Source of the DNA: Octopus bimaculoides
Taxonomy: Eukaryota
Assembly: GCF_001194135.2 (NCBI RefSeq)
Contig: NC_068995.1
Location: 34,931,325 to 34,973,496 of the forward strand
Reading direction: 5' to 3'
Length of the DNA stretch: 42,172 nucleotides
Notes under the pieces: model-generated
Databases searched by the model: none
The model's input: only the letters and a program-made list of their open reading frames with translations
Told to the model about the DNA's origin: nothing
Translations under genes and position numbers: made by a program
In this document: positions 36,175 through 42,172 of the stretch, in pieces
Numbering within the stretch: the first letter of the stretch is position 1
Layout of the letters: every line of letters starts with the position of its first letter

Positions 36175-37006
36175 ATTACATGGAGAAATGCGAGCAAGAG
36201 AATAATATTCTTAAGATTATAAACCTTAAAAATTACAGGACAAGTTATTATATTTGGAAAAGTTCAGGACGTGCAGCTAAAGATAAAATTTCAAATAAAA
36301 TATTTAGATTTAGAAAACATTAGCTTTTATTAAAACTAAACATTTTATTACAAGTTATTACTTCTATTTGTTTATTACTTGTTACCTCTATTAAAAGTAA
36401 AAATAACTCAAAATACTAATTGCACTTTTAAAAAATGAATTTTTTAATTACTAATTGATAATTATAAATTTTAAAATAGGTTGTAAAAATAATAGTAGTA
36501 CACAATTAGTACAATAAATATAATAATACAAAAATTAGTTATATATTACAGTAAAATCTACGTATAACAACAAATTCACAGTAAAATTTGCTTGAGTTAT
36601 TGCCTAAGTTATTGCCAAATCCTCACAATTTTAGTCTTGATCCAATGCATTTTTCTACATATTGAATTTGCTTACCAAATATACTATTCTACTTAGCATA
36701 AAACTTTAGCTATAATGGTATTTCTGGCCCGCATTTTTTAAAGTATTCTACTGTGTCAATATTTTAATAAAATGATTGTACCTTTTTTTAATTATAATAT
36801 TACATTGTAAATTAAAATCAAATAATTTTTAATATTCAAATTTTATCCTTAGCTGCAATATGTGAAGTAAAAATTTTCTTGTTCTGTGCTTTACTAGATG
36901 TAATATGTTGTCCTGAAATTTTCCAAATGTAATAACTTGTGCTGTAATTTTCCAGGTTTATAATCTTAAGAATATCATTTCGCTTGCTCGCATTTTCCCA
37001 TGTAAT
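36175..37006. mobile_element. Fold-back/MITE with long TIRs and an AT-rich interior
   Basis: 36175-36270 (attacatggagaaatgcgagcaag...ttcaggac) matches the rc of 36910-37006. After an indel, 36272-36311 matches the rc of about 36816-36859. The arms contain a tandem subunit of about 29 bp. Confidence 0.85.
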
Positions 37007-39599
37007 CCATGTTTTTTCCAGGGTATGCTATTATGCTAATTAATAATGCGTCAAGTGTGTCAATTAGCGGTATCCTTGATAATTTTTTCCTTACCTCAAT
37101 GACGCCTGTGACATATATCAAAAGTCCCTTTATAGAACTATATTCATAAAAAGTATAGAACTATATTATCACCCTCAAATTTGAGAAACAAACACTCATA
37201 AATTTTTCTTTTAAAACTTTAATGCATGAGATCGATACCATGAAATTCCTCCAATTGAGCTCTATTATTCAAGCTTAATCAAAATATAGTCTGTTTTTAA
37301 AATAAAAAAGCTAATTATACTTAAATTCAATTTTTTGCCTTATATTTTGTTCATGATATTTTAGCTCACAACTGTTTTGATACAAATTTTGGTTGCATGG
37401 GATCAAAACTATACGCTTTTGGATTAGCCCGGAGGCTATTAAAATATTCATATGGGTTAAATTATCTGTACCCATAACCTGAATATTNNNNNNNNNNNNN
37501 NNNNNNNNNNNNNNNNNNNNNNNNNNNNNNNNNNNNNNNNNNNNNNNNNNNNNNNNNNNNNNNNNNNNNNNNNNNNNNNNNNNNNNNNNNNNNNNNNNNN
37601 NNNNNNNNNNNNNNNNNNNNNNNNNNNNNNNNNNNNNNNNNNNNNNNNNNNNNNNNNNNNNNNNNNNNNNNNNNNNNNNNNNNNNNTATATATCGTTGCT
37701 ATTATGTTAAACCTTCGTATGTCCAAATATGGCCAAATGCGTTTTTTTCAAAATTTAATTTTGCTTGCAATAGCCTGTTCTTTTGGTCAAACTAGCGTAT
37801 ATTCAGCTGTTTCAGACGCCAAGATATGAAAATTGTAGCAACAACGGCTTAGCATTTTAAAAAAGTGTAGTGCCACATACGACATTTTTGCAAATATATT
37901 TTTAACTGAAAATATCATACATACAAGGAGTTACGGTTTTATGCACCCAAGAAAGTATTATTGTTTAACTGAAACTGTTGCTGATGGAAGAAGAAATGGA
38001 ATGGTGAAACTATATTTTCGTTTTCTGAAAAAGCAAAGTTTTAGACTTACGACACTTTTGCATAGTAGCAACAATATATATATAAATTTTATATTCTATA
38101 TTGTGCATGTGTGTGGGTGTGGGTGTGGGTGTGTGTATGTGTGTGTGTGTGTGTGTGTGTTTATATATATACAATATAGAATATAAAATTTGATATAATT
38201 TTATGATTGTTAACTGAAACACACTTGAGAATATTTACAATCATACACGTAGATATACAACGTCACGACGGCTGTATACTTCCTACTATTATAAGCTATG
38301 CATACATGCACATATACGGACATAATCACCGAACCACAGTCTCATCATACATTATTCACTATACACTCTATCAAAACTATAAAGAAATCACATTGAGATT
38401 TTATTGTTACTCCATAACAAACAAAACATACTAATGAGCAGTGAATTTCTGCGTTGCAAGTCAAAACAGAGAAAGCTTACATATGGCCTCGCATAGAACA
38501 TTGGAGAATGTGGCTGGAAACGACTCGCAGAAACTGTCAGAAGATGGATTTGTGCATCTCATACGACAATGTGAACTCCGCGGAACCGCCAACGCTAAGG
38601 GTGATCACAAACAAATTCGTTGATACTATGTTGTAGGAAATTATAATAGCATATGTTGGTCGTGCTGTTTCCTGGTTCGACCTAAGTAGCTGCCTCTTAC
38701 CCCAGTCTAATCGCGCTATTTAATTTTAAACCTAGTTCAATATTTTGTATCACGTTTTGGTTTTACTTCTCGTATATGGCATTCATTTGTACTGACCCCT
38801 ATATGTTCCTAAGCCCTTGTTTTTCTTACATTTTGTAATTGTACGATTTAGCGCTGGTGGCAATAAGACATAATTTTTTAACAAGAGCAGTAGTTTCAGT
38901 AACATTATTGTGATAATCAGCAATCTACTAGTGTAATATTTGTTATTACTGTAGCAGAGACCGGTAATGTCATGCTATATGTTCATTAGCATTTCAACTC
39001 GAATGTCAGAGCTTATATTTCCAGATGGTGTGTCACCAAGATGGTTGACCTAAGTATTTCAACAACTAAAGGTCAGATTACACAATTTACATCAAGTGAA
39101 CACTGATCGTTACCTGATATAATTGACCAAGAGAACAGTCCATCAGTTTATATGATGTTGTATTCTATTAGTCATAGTCTGTCTTTCTTTAACACAAATA
39201 CACAAAGAGATACAGACACGTACCTATACATGTACACACACGTACCTATACATGTACACACACGTACATATACATGTACTATTTTCTATCTAACTTACAC
39301 ACATTCTCTTTGTCTGGGTTTCTCCGTCTCTTTGTCTCTGTCTGTCTCTATAAATGTGTTTACATATATATATATATANNNNNNNNNNNNNNNNNNNNNN
39401 NNNNNNNNNNNNNNNNNNNNNNNNNNNNNNNNNNNNNNNNNNNNNNNNNNNNNNNNNNNNNNNNNNNNNNNNNNNNNNNNNNNNNNCACACATGCATGAA
39501 TATATATTTCTTATATGCGTGCTCCAAAGATCTCAAGAACTCTGCTGGCGGGAGTTCATATCCTTTTAGGTACACCTATGCGAGATAGATGAAAACTAA

Positions 39600-40493
39600 A
39601 AACAACAAACGCTAAAGATCACACCTAAAACAGTTCACTAAAGCATGGAAGTGATTAGACTCTGAATATCACTCTAGAGAAGTAAACCTCAATGACGAAA
39701 ATCCCTGAGCCCGAGTTACGGTGAAGCCATAAGAAGCAGTATGATGGATGTGTTTGTTTCGGCGGAGGATCTGCTATCTGCCAACGGAAAAACACACAAA
39801 AAGGCTGGGTGGAAGAACTTACAAATTCAACAATCAGGGTCACACACCTCAGTAACATAACAACTGCAACCTCTATAGACGTGGCGTTCGTAGATGAAAT
39901 ATTCAGTTAACAAAGATAAGCATGACTCTTTCTCATATCAGACGTTTAAGCCGCATCGCCCGTCGGACGCGTCAATAAAGGACGCGTCCTGCTGACGTTG
40001 TGACTTTGGCCACAGTGTTCGAAATGTCAGTAATGAAGTCAACCTCAAAATCTAACATATTGAAATGTTAAGTGTATTTCAACATTTCCACCTTTTATGT
40101 CTGTACATTAAACCCCATAAACTATTTACCGGCATTCACTGTATCTGCAAGTATCGGCATAATTTGTATACAAGAACACTGTTTTCTTCACAGCAATCTT
40201 GTACCAAAATATCACGATGCTGGAAATGGGTGGAACTTTAACTCTGCTTCAGCTTGGAAAGGCCCTAACAGCTTTAGACGTGGAGGTGAAGTAATGCTAC
40301 TCAATTCCCATGCTCTCCGCTCGCTCGACACTATTGAAAAGATAATCCTTGAATTATTATAGCAACATTTAACGGAAACCCACACATAACTGTTAAATCA
40401 TGCTACAATCAAACCAATGTCTCTGATGAAGCAGGGGTTGTAAAATTTTAATATGAACTCTCTTATCTTGTGAGAAAAATTCTTTGTCGTAAT
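39600..40493 (+). mobile_element. 5' portion of an RTE-clade LINE: 5'-UTR plus APE endonuclease, degenerate
   Basis: ATG 40033 MKSTSKSNILKC*VYFNISTFYVCTL...IGIICIQEHCF.H...KYHDAGNGW...SASAWK......GG..MLLNSHALRSLDTIE.I, then after a frameshift ATFNGNPHITVKSCYNQTNVSDE...FY.ELS.LVRKI. The 5'-UTR boundary is approximate. Confidence 0.8.
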
Positions 40494-40666
40494 GGCTTGC
40501 ATTTCTAAGTATATCCCTGAGGAGATCATCAATCACCTCCTTGATCTTGGCCACCAACTCGGCCTTCGAGTTGCTGGTAGAACGGTTGGTACCTTTCTCC
40601 ACCGTGCTACACACATAGTAATCTGTGGCTTACAATTGGAGGAATTAGGACATTGGGACTGGTGAA
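40494..40666 (-). mobile_element. maT/DD37D-like transposase C-terminal fragment
   Basis: Reverse strand FTSPNV..PNSSNCKPTDYYVCSTVEKGTNRSTSNSKAELVAKIKEV.DDL.RD..RNA matches WPPNSPD.NPLDYYVW..VE..TN......K.EL. Confidence 0.7.
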
Positions 40667-42152
40667 GATGTGGATGAAACAGTGATTGATATTATGCAAC
40701 ACAGACCTATCATTGGCTCCTCAGACTCTTCGCCCTCAATAGATGAAGTAATGACATCAATAACTAAATTTAATCTTGGTAGGGCACTTGGAAAAGATGG
40801 AATTTGTGCTGAGGTCTTGCGATTTGGTGGTAATTACATCACACAGTCCCTTCATGAACTTATTAGTGCAGTCTGGAGGGATGGTGCAATCCCTAAGGAC
40901 TGGAAGGATGCAATTATTCTTCCTCTATATAAAGGAAAAGGAGCCAGAACAATGTGTGGTAACTACATAGGTATTGCTCTATTATCAGCTGCTGGCGAGG
41001 TTCTGGCAAATATTCGTCTTACCCGTCTGAATGGGTGTCTCGTAAATGATGTCCTATCTGAATCTCAATGTGGCTTCCGATCTGGTAGAGGGACAATGGA
41101 TATGATTTTCACAGCAAGACAGATGCAGGAAAAGTGCTATGAGCAGAATATGGATCTTGTCCAGGTATTCATTGATTTAACAAAGGCCGTTGATACTGTA
41201 AATTTTCTATGGAAAATACTTGGCAAACTTGGATGTCCGGATCACTTTTTATCTATAATTAAATCAGTTCATGATGGGATGGAGGCTTGGGTCAATGTTG
41301 GTGGTGACATGGCGGGACCCATTCCTGTAGAGAATGGTGACAAGCAGGGTGATATCCTTGCCCCAACTCCCTTTTCTTTGTACTTTGCTGCTGCTTTTAC
41401 TCATGCTTTTGTTAAGGATAATTCTCTGGGAATATATGTCAGATATCGATCTTCTACCCGCCACTTTAATCTTCGCCGATTTGCTGCCAATTCAAACGTT
41501 CTCCAGTCTATTATTCGTGACCTCATTTATGGAGATGACTGTGACTTAGTCATTCATACATTGGATGACATGCAAATACTCATGAATTGCATTTATGCTT
41601 CTTGCAAGGCATTTGGACATGGCATTAGCCTGCACAAGACTGTTGTAATGTTCCAACCTGCACCAGGAAATCCATATGTGAAACCAGCTATCTGGTTGAA
41701 GGAACAATTCTGAAGGTAGTAGACAAGGTTGTCTACCTGGGCAGATGGTATATGGAGAACTTGTGAATGGAAGGAGACTCCGGCAGAAACCAAGGCTGCG
41801 CTTTAAGGACTGTGTAAAGTCCTCATGAAAGGCCTGTGATATGCAGGCCACTGACTGGGAGAACAATGCCTGTCTTCGTCACGGATGGAGGAAGCAGGTT
41901 AAAGAGGGGATCGCCACTTTGGAGAGAGTACGTATCCAGCATGAAGAACTTAAGCGAGCTGCTTGAAAGCGCACGGCTCATAATGAATCGGGAAAGCTTA
42001 ATCTGCAATGTTTGCAGTCGTGTATGCTTGTCAAGAGCAGGGCTCATTAGCCACCAACGGAGCCGCAAATGCAAAATATAAGTTAGTCCTAGAACGGACA
42101 ATGTTCTTGAAGGTGGCAATGGTCTTCCTCGGTCACGAGTGGACGGCCATCA
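40667..42152 (+). mobile_element. RTE (BovB-like) LINE 3' portion: reverse transcriptase pseudo-ORF and 3' end
   Basis: ORF 40670-41713: SPSIDEV..SI...GRALGKDGICAEV...WKDAIILPLYKGKG...CGNYIGIALLS, ESQCGFRSGRGTMDMIFTARQMQEKCYEQN..L..VFIDLTKAVDTV, KQGDILAPT.F, LIYGDDCDL. A deletion follows YLG, then YGEL..GR..LRFKD and the terminal C..CSR.CLSRAGLISHQR; 3' UTR atggtcttcctcggtcacgagtggacggccatca. Confidence 0.92.
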
Positions 42153-42172
42153 CATATATATATATATATATA

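Noticed and set aside
34236-37170. Small 14-bp tandem or direct duplications (agattatttctaca; tatagaactatatt)
   Set aside because: Ordinary slippage-type duplications with no further structure.
38441-38636. Two overlapping 60-aa non-repetitive ORFs
   Set aside because: No recognisable motif, no convincing splice sites, and length near random expectation.
40423-40447. Perfect CTGATGA followed by a possible stem (hammerhead-like)
   Set aside because: It is the Ser-Asp-Glu codons (TCT GAT GAA) of the RTE APE domain; GAAA is absent.

Overview
AT-rich, microsatellite-dense eukaryotic DNA with about a dozen N-gaps. The tRNA-type SINE fragments resemble the high-copy repeats of octopod cephalopods (Octopus), so the taxon is inferred from recall, not tested. 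I found no intact protein-coding gene; most ORFs in the track are dinucleotide or trinucleotide repeat artefacts. The window is a mosaic of decayed mobile elements. DNA transposons: a 1.28 kb Tc1-like element with DD36E spacing (11002-12279), a DD34D mariner with perfect 25-bp TIRs (16628-17767), a mini-mariner, two maT/DD37D-like fragments, a Tc2/pogo-type MITE and a Mutator-like remnant. Retroelements: two different Penelope-like GIY-YIG elements, an old CR1/L2-type LINE, pieces of two RTE lineages and several SINE fragments. There are also three long fold-back inverted repeats. The most notable observations are (i) a possible two-exon IL-17/cystine-knot-like cytokine gene relic at 15688-16204, the only host-gene-like signal; (ii) several degenerate minimal hammerhead ribozyme cores, the best at 23761-23791 downstream of a Penelope-like element; (iii) the DD36E transposase; and (iv) long hairpins that could be dsRNA/ADAR substrates if transcribed. 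I cannot support a genuinely new biological system from sequence alone.
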